Counted from the stretch's first letter, positions 27,729-38,568 are shown. The stretch is DNA of 64,000 bases from an uncultured Bacilli bacterium (GCA_934129885.1 CAKOWU010000002.1:76070-140069), one strand, 5' to 3'. A program made the numbers and translations. Notes: generated by a model not told the origin, from the letters alone.

Positions 27729-28881
27729 CTATTACTTGAAGGGCTGGGAGCCTTACTCCTTCTAAATATTCTAGACTAGCACCACCGCCTGTAGAGATAT
27801 GGCTAAATTTATCTTTATATCCCATATTTACGGCAGCACTGGCTGTGTCTCCGCCACCTATAACTGTATAGGCGTCTTTATTAGAGGCCATAGCCTCTAG
27901 TACATATAATGTTCCTTCTTTATATTTTTCATCTTCAAAATACCCAAGAGGACCATTCCAAAATATTGTACTACTTTTATCTATATAATTTTTAAATATT
28001 TCTCTTGTATTGGTTCCTATGTCATAGCAAATGTCATCGTCATCTATTTCATTGATGAATTTTTCTTCGCCTGTTTCTGTTATGACGTCAATTGGTAAGA
28101 TTATTTTTTTCTCGTATTTACTGAGCATAGAAACGCACTCATCGATAGTGTCCTTGCACACTTCGTTAGCACCTGTTTCAAAGCCTGATGCTTTAAGGAA
28201 GGTAAAGGCCATGGCTCCACCTATAAGTACATAGTCGCACTTGCTGGCTAGGTGGTTAATAATGCCTATTTTATCTTCTACTTTATTACCTCCGAGTACT
28301 ACGGTGTACGGCTTTTTAGGTTTATTTAGTTTACTAAGCATTTTTATTTCTTTTTCGACTAGAAAGCCTACACCGCTAGGAAGATTTTGCGCTAAAGCGT
28401 ATGTAGATGCGTTCTTTCTATGTAATGTACCAAAGGCATCATTTATATAAATATCTCCTAAACTAGCCCAGTATTTACCAAGATCGTTATCGTTAGATGA
28501 TTCTTTATTTTCATCTAAATCTTCAAACCTAGTATTTTCAAGTAATAGAATGCTTTTCATACGTAAATGTTTTATAGCCTCTTCTACTTCCTTACCACTA
28601 GATGAAGGAATAAAAGTGACTTTTTTCTTTAAAAGTTCACTTAAATGTTCAGCAACTGGCTTTAAGCTATATTTTTCTTTATCCATATCACATTTAATTC
28701 TACCCATGTGAGAGAGGATAATAACCTTTGCACCTTCCTTGCAAGCATATTTTATTGTTGGTAAACTTTCTTTAATTCTTGTATCATCTGCAATTACATC
28801 ACCATCCATAGGTACGTTATAATCACATCTAATTATAACTTTTTTACCTTTTAAATTATAATCCATTATTGTTTTTTTCAT
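27718..28881 (-). CDS. pgk: Phosphoglycerate kinase
   Basis: 387 aa with R-x-D-x-NVP and GGGDT..A motifs. Confidence 0.95.
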   Translation of the reverse strand: MKKTIMDYNLKGKKVIIRCDYNVPMDGDVIADDTRIKESLPTIKYACKEGAKVIILSHMGRIKCDMDKEKYSLKPVAEHLSELLKKKVTFIPSSSGKEVEEAIKHLRMKSILLLENTRFEDLDENKESSNDNDLGKYWASLGDIYINDAFGTLHRKNASTYALAQNLPSGVGFLVEKEIKMLSKLNKPKKPYTVVLGGNKVEDKIGIINHLASKCDYVLIGGAMAFTFLKASGFETGANEVCKDTIDECVSMLSKYEKKIILPIDVITETGEEKFINEIDDDDICYDIGTNTREIFKNYIDKSSTIFWNGPLGYFEDEKYKEGTLYVLEAMASNKDAYTVIGGGDTASAAVNMGYKDKFSHISTGGGASLEYLEGVRLPALQVIDEK

Positions 28882-29333
28882 GCATTATCATCCTCCTTTA
28901 TTACATTTTCACTAGATAGACATTCTTCGTCTTCTTCGCTGCATTTACATTCTCCTGATACACCGACATAACAACAGTTAATAATCCCGCTATTATTAGA
29001 TGCCATAATGTTCCAGTCAGATGCGCTACTTTCAGTATCATCGCTGGTGTAAGGATTTACTATGTTCTTTTTTAAGTATCCTTTTTCGATTAAATCATTA
29101 ACGGTTAAACTGATATTTCGGTTATTTCCATTACTATCTACAAACTTATAATTATCGGGGTTTATTTCTAAATAGGTAATGCAAGCGTCACTTACGTTAC
29201 TTCTAAATGTTTTTTTTTGTTGTTCTATTGTTTTTTTATTGGTCTCTATCAAAGAGGGCATAGCAACAGCCATGAAGATAGCAAGCACTGATATTATTCC
29301 TAGTAATTCAACAAGTGTAAAGCCCTTGTTCAT
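28878..29333 (-). CDS. Prepilin-type (type IV pilin/pseudopilin-like) protein with a Cys-rich acidic C-terminus
   Basis: MNKG/FTLVELL class III signal plus a hydrophobic helix. Its stop overlaps the pgk start (ATGA). The start lies about 10 nt after the gap stop with an AGGGTG RBS. Confidence 0.7.
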   Translation of the reverse strand: MNKGFTLVELLGIISVLAIFMAVAMPSLIETNKKTIEQQKKTFRSNVSDACITYLEINPDNYKFVDSNGNNRNISLTVNDLIEKGYLKKNIVNPYTSDDTESSASDWNIMASNNSGIINCCYVGVSGECKCSEEDEECLSSENVIKEDDNA

Positions 29334-29343
29334 ATGCATCACC

Positions 29344-30348
29344 CTATAAATCACCTAAATATTTGGCTGTTTTTACCATTTGACTACTATAACTCATTTC
29401 ATTGTCATACCAAGCGATTATCTTTACTAGTTGTTTACCGTCTACTTCAAGGACATCTGTAAGGAGACTGTCCACTACGCCGCCTTTTCTAGTTCCTATT
29501 ATATCGCTAGATACGATAGGGTCTTCGGTATATCCTAGTGTATCATTTTGATTATTTTTATATAAATTATTAATTTCTTCTATGGTAGTGTTTCTTTCAA
29601 GTTCGAGAGTCAAATCAATAACTGATCCTGTGGTAACGGGTACTCTTATTGCAGAACCGTCAAGTTTACCATCAAGTTCTTTGATAACTTTTCCTATGGC
29701 ACTTGCGGCACCGGTTGTACTTGGAATAATATTTGCCGCGGCTGCTCTACCTCTCCTAGAAATTGCTCCCTTCTTATGTGGCATATCTAAAGTGGCCTGA
29801 TCATTAGTATAAGCATGTACGGTGGTCATGAAGCCTTTAACTATTCTATTATTTTTATTTAGTATATCTAATACAGGTGCAAGGCAATTAGTAGTACATG
29901 ATGCGGCTGAAATGACTTTGTCATCACTAGTTAAAGTTTCCTCGTTAACACCATATACAATAGTTTTTACATCTCCCTTAGCAGGTGCAGAAATAATGAC
30001 CTTTTTGGCTCCGGCAGTTATATGAGCATATGCTTTATCTTTATCTGTAAAGTGACCAGTACATTCAAATACCTCGTCTATACCAAGTTCACCCCATGGT
30101 AAGTTAGAGGGATCTGTTTCTTTATATACTCTTATTTTTTTACCACTTACTATTAAATTCTCATTATCATATGATATTTCATCCACTTTATAACATCTAT
30201 GTGAAGTATCATATTTAAGTAAATACGCAAGTTCTTTAGGTTCTGTTAAGTCATTGATTGCGACCACATCAAAAGATGGGTCTTCTTCCATAATTCTAAA
30301 TACAAGCCTTCCTATTCTTCCAAATCCATTAATCGCAACTTTTATCAT
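29344..30348 (-). CDS. gap: Glyceraldehyde-3-phosphate dehydrogenase
   Basis: INGFGRIGR and SCTTNCLAP active-site motifs. Confidence 0.95.
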   Translation of the reverse strand: MIKVAINGFGRIGRLVFRIMEEDPSFDVVAINDLTEPKELAYLLKYDTSHRCYKVDEISYDNENLIVSGKKIRVYKETDPSNLPWGELGIDEVFECTGHFTDKDKAYAHITAGAKKVIISAPAKGDVKTIVYGVNEETLTSDDKVISAASCTTNCLAPVLDILNKNNRIVKGFMTTVHAYTNDQATLDMPHKKGAISRRGRAAAANIIPSTTGAASAIGKVIKELDGKLDGSAIRVPVTTGSVIDLTLELERNTTIEEINNLYKNNQNDTLGYTEDPIVSSDIIGTRKGGVVDSLLTDVLEVDGKQLVKIIAWYDNEMSYSSQMVKTAKYLGDL

Positions 30349-30362
30349 TCTATTCCTCTTTT

Positions 30363-32021
30363 CTAGTCACTATATATTCCGCCACCTATAAATTCTCTAA
30401 GCATTGAGTCTCTAGGTATCTCTTCGGTAGCCATGGGCATAAATTGCCTTAATAAATTAATAAGTCTTTGAGCCTCTGAATAGACTGGGCTATTCATATC
30501 AATGCCATATAATAAGGCTTCAGCATATATTCTAAGTACTCCTATCTCATAACTAAGTGAAGAGTTAATTACATTATCAACTTCGTCTTCATAAGGATAT
30601 ATATTTTGGAAAGTACCTTTATCAACGTTATGCCACATTTTCAAAGTTTCTTCAGCCGTAGTATTTCTAGTTCTACTATCTCTTACAATTCTTCTTATTT
30701 TCCTTAAATCAGTAGTTCTAATTCTATTGTGGTTATCAAGTTTTAAACTAAGTATTGGGCTCATAAATATTTTGTACTTATTTTCTCTTTTTATGTTACT
30801 AGTTAAAATATCATTTAAAGCGTTAGTACCCTCAACTAATAATATATCATTTTCTTCTAATTTTAAATAATTTTTTTCGTAAACTTTACGTCCCTTTATA
30901 AAGTCATGTCTTGGAATGTTAACTTTTTCACCTTTTAAAAGTCTAGTTAAATGTTTATTAAATAAAGCAATATCTGTGGCTTTTATGTTATCAAAGTCAT
31001 AATCTCCATTCTCATCACGAGGTGTTTTTTCAATATTTACTAGATAATCATCTAAAGATACTTGATGAGGGGTAAGTCCTCTAGCCTTTAAGTAAAGTCC
31101 TAACTTTTTAGATGTTGTTGTCTTTCCACTTGAAGATGGTCCGGATATTAAAACGACTTTTACTTTGTTTCTATGGTTAAATATGTCTTCAGCGATAGAA
31201 GAAAGTTTACTTTCGTAGTGGGTTTCAAATAGTCTTATCGCATCACTGTAAGCACCTTTGGTAGCAAGGATATTTAAATCACTAGCCATGTTTATTTTTA
31301 TTGTTTCGGTCCATTTTTTATGGTCACCATATTCTTTTAAGATCTTTTCATGTTTTTTAGGTTTTAATACTTTTGAAGGGTTGATTTCACTTGGATAACT
31401 AACTACAAAGGTATCTGAGTTAATATAAGATACTTTATATTTATTAATTTGTTTGGTATTATATGCAAGTTCACCAAAGAAATAATCATATTCATCTTTT
31501 AGTTTATATAATTTTATAACTTCATTAGTGGTGTATTGTAGGTTATTTACTTTATCAAGTTCTCCTTTGGCTTTAAAATATTTTATTGCATCTGTTCTCA
31601 TAACTTTATTAGGTATAAATTCATAGCCTTCTTTAATAAATTCTTTTAGTTTATCGTCAAGTTTTTCTACAAATTTAGGAGTAACTCTATGGCCTGTAAG
31701 TTCACAATATATTCCGTTATCAAGGGAATAATTGATGAGTATATCGGAATCATTATAAATTTCTTTAGCAGCAGCGATTATCATAAACTCAAGACTTTTT
31801 TCATATATGTCATTACCGTCACTAGTGCTTAAGTCTAAAAACTCTACTTTACCATTTTTATGTACTTTTTCGTTTAAATTCATAACTATATTATTAAATT
31901 TTGCGCCTATTATAGGGTACTTATAGTCTTTAGAAACTAGTTTGCTTACTTCATATAGAGTAGTACCGGGGGTTATATTTTCTATATATTTATCATTACA
32001 TTTTAGTTTTATGCTTGCCAT
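30363..32021 (-). CDS. TGS-domain / uridine-kinase-family nucleoside kinase
   Basis: 552 aa with a ThrRS-like N-terminal TGS region and P-loop GPSSSGKTTT in a C-terminal Udk/PRK-like domain. Confidence 0.7.
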   Translation of the reverse strand: MASIKLKCNDKYIENITPGTTLYEVSKLVSKDYKYPIIGAKFNNIVMNLNEKVHKNGKVEFLDLSTSDGNDIYEKSLEFMIIAAAKEIYNDSDILINYSLDNGIYCELTGHRVTPKFVEKLDDKLKEFIKEGYEFIPNKVMRTDAIKYFKAKGELDKVNNLQYTTNEVIKLYKLKDEYDYFFGELAYNTKQINKYKVSYINSDTFVVSYPSEINPSKVLKPKKHEKILKEYGDHKKWTETIKINMASDLNILATKGAYSDAIRLFETHYESKLSSIAEDIFNHRNKVKVVLISGPSSSGKTTTSKKLGLYLKARGLTPHQVSLDDYLVNIEKTPRDENGDYDFDNIKATDIALFNKHLTRLLKGEKVNIPRHDFIKGRKVYEKNYLKLEENDILLVEGTNALNDILTSNIKRENKYKIFMSPILSLKLDNHNRIRTTDLRKIRRIVRDSRTRNTTAEETLKMWHNVDKGTFQNIYPYEDEVDNVINSSLSYEIGVLRIYAEALLYGIDMNSPVYSEAQRLINLLRQFMPMATEEIPRDSMLREFIGGGIYSD

Positions 32022-32148
32022 AACATATCCTTCCTATTCTTTTACCATTTTATCAAAAATATTTGGGTTTGTCAGCACTCCCGCTACTAAAAATTACTAT
32101 ATCAAAAATTTTACGTTAATTAACAGGAAAAAACACCTAGAGTGTTTC

Positions 32149-32484
32149 TTATCTTACAATAATTTTTTTACCATGGAATACCAACGCAATTTCCTTTATA
32201 TTATTTACTCCTTCAAGTTCTAGTTCTTTATAATATTCCATCTGGTTAATAGCGGTCTCTGCCCTTGTTTCCATTGCTTCGGAGGTGCTTGCTAGTTTAA
32301 ACTCTATTACATACCCTACGCTATTTTCTATTTCTCTTATCATTACATCAAATCTACCACTACCGGCTTCTCTATTTGATTTTATAATATAGCCATTATT
32401 ATCTAGTAGTGATTTAAAGATACCTAAAGTATACGCATGATAGAAGTATTCTTGACTATCCATATATGATAAAGATGTAAACAT
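32149..32484 (-). pseudogene. C-terminal fragment of a PD-(D/E)XK (PDDEXK_9/DUF1703-type) protein
   Basis: GSGRFDVMI...VIEFK nuclease-fold motif. The usual N-terminal AAA-like part is missing and an IS remnant abuts it. Confidence 0.6.
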
Positions 32485-32589
32485 TTTATTAAGTAAGGTT
32501 TCAAGTTCTTTTTTATCATATTCTTTTAAAGCCCTATTAAATAATATTAACTCATTAGGTATTTTATTATAACTATTGGTGTCTGTTAG

Positions 32590-33055
32590 GTTAGCTATTA
32601 TACATGTAATTAATTTTCTTTTCTTTAATTCTAGTTGTATTATAAAATTCTATCCATTCTTCAACTAATTGTATATATTCTTCTAAAGATATGCGTCCTA
32701 CATTATTAGACTTACCACGAGTTCCTTCTTTTACAATATATCCAATATCCATTTTTTCTAAATTTTTCTATCCAATACATCAATGAACTTCTAGGAATAT
32801 TGTATTTACGTGCAAGACTATATGTAAAACCACCAACATTATAATACTCATCTACTATTTTTATTTTTTCTTCATATGAATATCTATATGTTTTATTTAC
32901 CTTTTCAGCCATTAGAAAAGCACCTCCTTTTGAAGGTGTATTCTATCATAAACTAGACCTTTTTTGAATGTCTACCCTAAAGGGTGCATTTCATACTTCC
33001 TTGTGGCTCTTTTTTTACTATCTAGAATTCACTATATTTTGGTGTAGTTAAAGCA
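32590..33055 (-). mobile_element. Internally deleted IS3-family-like remnant
   Basis: N-terminal HTH ORF (32712..32912) shifts frame into DIGYIVKEGTRGKSNNVGRISLEEYIQLVEEWIEFYNTTRIKEK, a typical transposase C-terminal tail. The catalytic core is absent. The upstream end carries the CTACACCAAAATATA motif. Confidence 0.45.
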
Positions 33056-33061
33056 ATGATA

Positions 33062-34066
33062 TCATTTTATTTTTTTATGAAGAGCTATATTTACTCCTTC
33101 ACTAATAACGTCAGATAACTTTATTGCTACAAAGTCCTCTTCTTTAGGAGTAACCATTAAATTGTATCCAATAGGATTTAAAATTTCATAAATAAATTTT
33201 TTAACCTCTTCATCGCTTAAATTACCAACTAATCCAAATAAACTCTTTTTATCCAGATTGTCAATATGAACATCTTTATTTAAATAATTAGGATTAACCA
33301 TTAACTTATATGCTGGATTAGAATAATTAGCACGCGTATACGCAAAATATTTATACATATATCTAATCGTATCACTAACAATAGAGGCCGCATCCACTAC
33401 TGTAGGCACTCCAACAGCAATAACGGGTACTCCTAAAGTATCATAACTAATCTCTTTTCTAACATTACCTATCCCACTACCTGGATTTATCCCAGCATCT
33501 GTCATCTGAATAGTCTTATTAACCCTCTCAATAGAACTACTTGCGAGAGCATCAATAATAATCACAAAATCAGGCTTAATAACCTCACATATTCCAAGAA
33601 TATAGTCACTAGTTTCAATACCAGTTTCCCCCATTACCGATGGAGAAATACCAAAAGTTCTTCTGAAGCCATCTTCTACCTCACCATACTGAAATAAATG
33701 ATTAGTAACAATAACCTTATCAAGAGCCAGAGGGCCAATAGAGTCTGGGGCACTTTTCTTGTTGCCAAGGCCTACCACTAGACAACTCCCCTCCTCGCCT
33801 ACCTTAATACTCTTCATCATGGTGCGTAATTCCCTAGAAAAAACATTTTTAACCTTCTCCGCATTTTCATAATCAGTCACATCAGAAAACTCAATAGTAA
33901 TATAACTACCCTTTTTCTTATCTATAACCTTACCTTGTTTTTCATCAAGCTTAATTTTAGTAACTTTTATTTCTCCATTTTCATAATAATTATCACTTTT
34001 ATCCGTAAGATCAATTGCTAGGTCAGTCCTAACATCGTATTTACTCATATCAATTTCATGTCCCAT
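33062..34066 (-). CDS. gpr: Germination protease GPR
   Basis: DVRTDLA N-terminus. Likely start is MGHEID (GGTGAT RBS) at 34066. Confidence 0.85.
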   Translation of the reverse strand: MGHEIDMSKYDVRTDLAIDLTDKSDNYYENGEIKVTKIKLDEKQGKVIDKKKGSYITIEFSDVTDYENAEKVKNVFSRELRTMMKSIKVGEEGSCLVVGLGNKKSAPDSIGPLALDKVIVTNHLFQYGEVEDGFRRTFGISPSVMGETGIETSDYILGICEVIKPDFVIIIDALASSSIERVNKTIQMTDAGINPGSGIGNVRKEISYDTLGVPVIAVGVPTVVDAASIVSDTIRYMYKYFAYTRANYSNPAYKLMVNPNYLNKDVHIDNLDKKSLFGLVGNLSDEEVKKFIYEILNPIGYNLMVTPKEEDFVAIKLSDVISEGVNIALHKKIK

Positions 34067-34133
34067 ATGTATCACCATAATTATTATGAACAAAATAGAT
34101 AAGAAGAATACAGGTTTTATATTTATAATTTAT

Positions 34134-34830
34134 TTATGCCTTTAAACACCCTATTGGAACTATATATACTCCATCTTCTCTTTGGTAGGCATATTTTCCA
34201 GTCGCAGTTAAAGCCATTAAAAATGAAGGATTGTGCATTTTATCAGTATCAATTTTATTTTTCATTTTTTTTAGGTTTTCTACACCTTCACTTATTAAAT
34301 TGTCGCCACCAAGTTTAATTTCTACAAGTCCGTATAATCCGTTTCTTAAATGTATAACAGCATCACATTCCAAATCCCCCGCATCTCTATAATGATATAC
34401 ATTTCCGTTTATACTTTCAGCATATACTCTTAAATCTCTTATACATAAAGATTCAAAAATTAAGCCAAAGGTATTCAAGTCATTTATTAAATCGTTTGGG
34501 GACGCTCCAAGCGCAGCAACGGCGATAGAGGGGTCAACAAAATATCTTGTATCTGTTGTTCTTTTGGCTGTTTTACTTCTTAAATTTGGGTTCCTCGCTA
34601 AAGACTCTTCAATAACAAATATCTTTTTTTAATCATTAATGGATGCGAGGACTGTATCAGTATCAAGGCCAATAGAGTCATTACTAATCATATCATTACG
34701 AAGGGTTTCGCTAGAAGCCTGCGTCCCAATATTTCTAGCATAACTTTTCATTAAGCTTTTAACACGTTTGGGATTTCTACTTACATTAGAGGCTCTTGAT
34801 ATATCTAGTAATTTTCAAAGTTAATTAAAA
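34134..34830 (-). pseudogene. Truncated or degraded DUF4143-type ATPase gene
   Basis: Only a 114-aa C-terminal ORF (FESLCIRDLRVYA...) is intact. Upstream homologous sequence has broken frames. Confidence 0.55.
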
Positions 34831-34961
34831 CTCGGTTATTTGTAGATTTTACTTTTACAGATCTATCAACTTATTTTATAACCAAATAAAGATAATTCTT
34901 TAAAAATGAAAAATCAAAAATCATATAGAAAAATAAATCCATTTATAGTATAATAAGAACG

Positions 34962-35555
34962 GTGTATGATATGAATTATCCAAATGGAATAAAAAAACAT
35001 GTAAATAACGAAACATTCATCCTAGATAACCATGCCAATAGAGGTATGGCACTAGAAGATGAAATCAACAAAACAAATGAATATTATAAAGATAAAAGCA
35101 TCGCAATCATTTATAAAAAACCAACTCCGATAAAGATAACCAAGGTAGACTATCCGTCAAGAAAAGGTGCGACTATAAAAGAAGCCTACTTCATGACCCC
35201 ATCCACTACTGATTATAATGGTATATATAAAGGAAGGTACATCGACTTTGAAGCCAAGGAGACTAAACAAAAAAGGTCATTTCCTTTAAATAATATTCAT
35301 AAACACCAAATAAAGCACCTAAACGAAATATGTAAGCATGGTGGGATAGGTTTTCTAATAATTAGATTTACAAACTTAAATAAAACTTACTTACTTGCGG
35401 AAAAAGATTTAAATAATTTTCTAAAAACTGAAAATAAAAAATCCATTCCCCTATCATATTTTGAAAAACATGGACATTTAATAAAAGATAAATTCATTCC
35501 AAGAGTAGATTATATAGAAATAGTTGATAAGCTATATATAAGAGGAGGTAAATAA
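34962..35555 (+). CDS. recU: Holliday junction resolvase RecU
   Basis: 197 aa with a conserved core (DYNGIYKGRYIDFEAKET) immediately upstream of ponA as in Bacillus. The start may be the ATG at 34971. Confidence 0.9.
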   Translation: MYDMNYPNGIKKHVNNETFILDNHANRGMALEDEINKTNEYYKDKSIAIIYKKPTPIKITKVDYPSRKGATIKEAYFMTPSTTDYNGIYKGRYIDFEAKETKQKRSFPLNNIHKHQIKHLNEICKHGGIGFLIIRFTNLNKTYLLAEKDLNNFLKTENKKSIPLSYFEKHGHLIKDKFIPRVDYIEIVDKLYIRGGK

Positions 35556-38542
35556 TGGAACAAGAATTAAAAAGAATAATACGTTTTTTTAGAAAAAGGC
35601 CATATAATCTCGCAGTACTAGGATTAAGTTTCTTAGCATTAATTATAATGAGTATAATTTTTAATATCCTTATAGGTCTTATTTCTTTTATATTACTTAA
35701 CCTTGTGTGGGTTATTCCCTACATAAATACTAGAAAAAGTCATATAAATAGTAAGACTAGAGTCGCTACTATTGAAAGCAAAAAAGAGATAGATAGAAAA
35801 ATAGAAAGTGATGAGCAAATGAGTACTAAACCACATAAGAAAAAAAATAAAGACAGTAAAAAAACTATTGGCAAAAAAATATTAATTGCCTTACTTGGAA
35901 TTTTCATTGCAGGAATTATTGCCTTAATAATCTTCTTTGCCTATATTGCCCTATCAGCGGGTAAATTTGATCCAGATAAATTATATACCAAAGAAGCCAG
36001 CATATTATATGATAAAGATGGTAAGCAATTTGCCAAGTTAGGTACTGAGATGCGTACTAAAATAAAATATGATGATATGTCAGAAGCATTAATTAACGCT
36101 ATAATTGCGACTGAAGACTCAAGATTCTTTGAACATAACGGTTTTGATTTACCTCGTTTCTTAAAGGCTTCATTTGGACAAGTTTTAGGACAAAATGCAG
36201 GTGGAGCCTCTACTCTAACTATGCAGGTATCAAAAAACCAATTTACATCAACTACGTCTAGTGGATTTGCGGGTATAAAACGTAAATTTACCGATATATA
36301 CATGGCTATATTCCAAATAGAAAGAAATTATAGTAAAGAAGAAATACTAGAGTTCTACGCTAACTCATACTATTTAGGAAGTGGTTCTTACGGAGTTGAA
36401 CAAGCTGCTCAAACATACTTTGGCAAAAATGCCTCTGAACTTAATATATCAGAAGCAGCTATGCTCGCAGGAATGTTCCAATCTCCAGTAACGTATGACC
36501 CTAACTTAAATCCAGAACAGACAGAAAAAAGACGTCAAACTGTCTTAAAACTAATGAAAAGACATAAATATATTACTGAAGATGAGTATAATGTCGCAAA
36601 AGCAATGACTGTAAATAAAATAGTTAAAAAAGGAAACAGTGCATCTACAAATAATGCTGAATATCAAGGCTTTATCGATACTGTTGCTGTAGATGTTCAA
36701 GAAAAAACAGGATATGACCCTTATTCATATTCAATGAAAATCTACACTACAATGGATAGGGATGCCCAAGATTACATAACAGGCATTATGAATGGTGAAA
36801 ACTATACATGGGAAAATGATAAAGTAGATGCTGGAATAGTGGTTCTAAATACCAAAACGGGTGCTATCACGGCTGTAGGGTCTGGTAGAAATAATTCAGG
36901 TGCTAAATCATTTAATAACGCAACTATGACTAAAAGACAAATAGGTTCAACTGCCAAACCACTATATGATTATGGACCTGCCATCGAATATCTTGACTGG
37001 AATACAAACCATCCTATTATCGATGCTAAATACACATATAGTGATGGAACAGAAATAAATAACTGGGATGGTGGCTATAAAGGAATTATTAATATAAGAG
37101 AAGCTTTGGTGGATTCACGTAATATCCCAGCACTAAAAACGTTCCAAAGTGTAGATAACGGAAAAATAAAAACCTTTGTAGAAAGCCTAGGACTATCTCC
37201 AGAAGTATCAGGCGGAAAATTACATGAAGCTCACGCTATTGGAGGATATACTGGAGAATCACCACTTACTCTTGCTGCTGCCTATGCTGCATTTGGTAAC
37301 TCTGGTAAATATAATAAACCATACAGTTTCACAAAAGTGGTATTTGATAAAAATAATAAAACAAAAACAATTAAAAATGAAAGTGCTGACGTTATGGGAT
37401 CAGACACAGCCTACATGATAACAGATATGTTAGTTGATACTGGAAAATCTGCCCTAGGTAGATATAGTAATATAAATGGTAGTCAGTATGCTGCTAAAAC
37501 TGGTACAACAAACTTTGATGAGAAAACTAAAAAAGCCCATAACTTACCAGATTCAGCCGTTAATGATTTATGGGTCGCAGGTTATAATGCTGATTATTCA
37601 ATCGCTGTATGGTATGGTTATGATAAAATTTCAGATGGACATAACTACTTTGGTTCGTCTCAAAACTCAAAATTATTTAGTGCGGTAGCTAAACATTTCT
37701 TTAAACCATCAATAACATTTACAAAACCAGATACTGTGACAGAAGTAACTGTTGAAAAATATTGTGCGGCTTCACTATTACCAAGTGAAAATACTCCAGA
37801 TTCTATGAAAACAACAGAACTATTTAAAACAAAGAGTAAACCAACTGAAGTATCAAATAGATATGCAAAATTAGATAATGTAACAGGTGCTAAAAGTAGT
37901 GTAAATGGTAAAAAAGCCACTTTATCATGGAACGCAATTGGAACACCAGATGGTTTAAGTAGTAGTTATTGGAGTTCACAAGTTAATAAAGCCTTCAAAG
38001 TATCTAGTGATCAAAGTACTTATTTAAATTACATAATGAATTATAACAACTCCGCTTTAGGTAGCGTCGTGTATAACATATACTTAAAAACTGGTAGTGA
38101 CTTAACAAAAATTGCCACTACTGGAGAAACAAGTGCAACAATAACTTTACCAAATACTGAATCACCTACTTATGTAATAAAGGCTAGTTACTCTGCTTAC
38201 GCAGGATGTGAAAGTACAGGAACAGAAGTAAAAGTAGATTATAAAGCCACTGCAAATGAAGATATTAAAGTTACGCTCGCAGACGGAAAACAAAGAGTAG
38301 AAGTTACAAAGACAGAAGGATATACTGACCCTGCAAGCCCAGTAAAAGCTACTCTTGATGGTGAAGATATTACCAAAGAAGTTGATGACATAAGTATTAC
38401 ATATAGTAAAGATGGTGGTACTTCTACAAAATACGTCGCAGGAACTAAATTAGAAGAAATAGGAACTTATACATTTACTTATACAGTTACTTATAAAGAT
38501 AAAAAGCAAACTGTAACTAGAACAGTAAAAATAACCGAATAA
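35555..38542 (+). CDS. ponA: Class A penicillin-binding protein (PBP1A) with extended N- and C-termini
   Basis: GT51 motifs (EDSRFFEH, GASTLT, RKxxE) and transpeptidase motifs (STAKP, SRN, KTGT). Confidence 0.93.
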   Translation: MEQELKRIIRFFRKRPYNLAVLGLSFLALIIMSIIFNILIGLISFILLNLVWVIPYINTRKSHINSKTRVATIESKKEIDRKIESDEQMSTKPHKKKNKDSKKTIGKKILIALLGIFIAGIIALIIFFAYIALSAGKFDPDKLYTKEASILYDKDGKQFAKLGTEMRTKIKYDDMSEALINAIIATEDSRFFEHNGFDLPRFLKASFGQVLGQNAGGASTLTMQVSKNQFTSTTSSGFAGIKRKFTDIYMAIFQIERNYSKEEILEFYANSYYLGSGSYGVEQAAQTYFGKNASELNISEAAMLAGMFQSPVTYDPNLNPEQTEKRRQTVLKLMKRHKYITEDEYNVAKAMTVNKIVKKGNSASTNNAEYQGFIDTVAVDVQEKTGYDPYSYSMKIYTTMDRDAQDYITGIMNGENYTWENDKVDAGIVVLNTKTGAITAVGSGRNNSGAKSFNNATMTKRQIGSTAKPLYDYGPAIEYLDWNTNHPIIDAKYTYSDGTEINNWDGGYKGIINIREALVDSRNIPALKTFQSVDNGKIKTFVESLGLSPEVSGGKLHEAHAIGGYTGESPLTLAAAYAAFGNSGKYNKPYSFTKVVFDKNNKTKTIKNESADVMGSDTAYMITDMLVDTGKSALGRYSNINGSQYAAKTGTTNFDEKTKKAHNLPDSAVNDLWVAGYNADYSIAVWYGYDKISDGHNYFGSSQNSKLFSAVAKHFFKPSITFTKPDTVTEVTVEKYCAASLLPSENTPDSMKTTELFKTKSKPTEVSNRYAKLDNVTGAKSSVNGKKATLSWNAIGTPDGLSSSYWSSQVNKAFKVSSDQSTYLNYIMNYNNSALGSVVYNIYLKTGSDLTKIATTGETSATITLPNTESPTYVIKASYSAYAGCESTGTEVKVDYKATANEDIKVTLADGKQRVEVTKTEGYTDPASPVKATLDGEDITKEVDDISITYSKDGGTSTKYVAGTKLEEIGTYTFTYTVTYKDKKQTVTRTVKITE

Positions 38543-38568
38543 AAATACTGAAACTAATTCAGTATTTT

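Noticed and set aside
32712-32912. Functional transposase gene
   Set aside because: Only the HTH part is present (66 aa). The catalytic domain is deleted and the frame is broken, so it is reported as an IS remnant instead.
35941-36303. 120-aa minus-strand ORF inside ponA
   Set aside because: It is antisense to the conserved GT51 domain of PBP1A, with no start context or motif.
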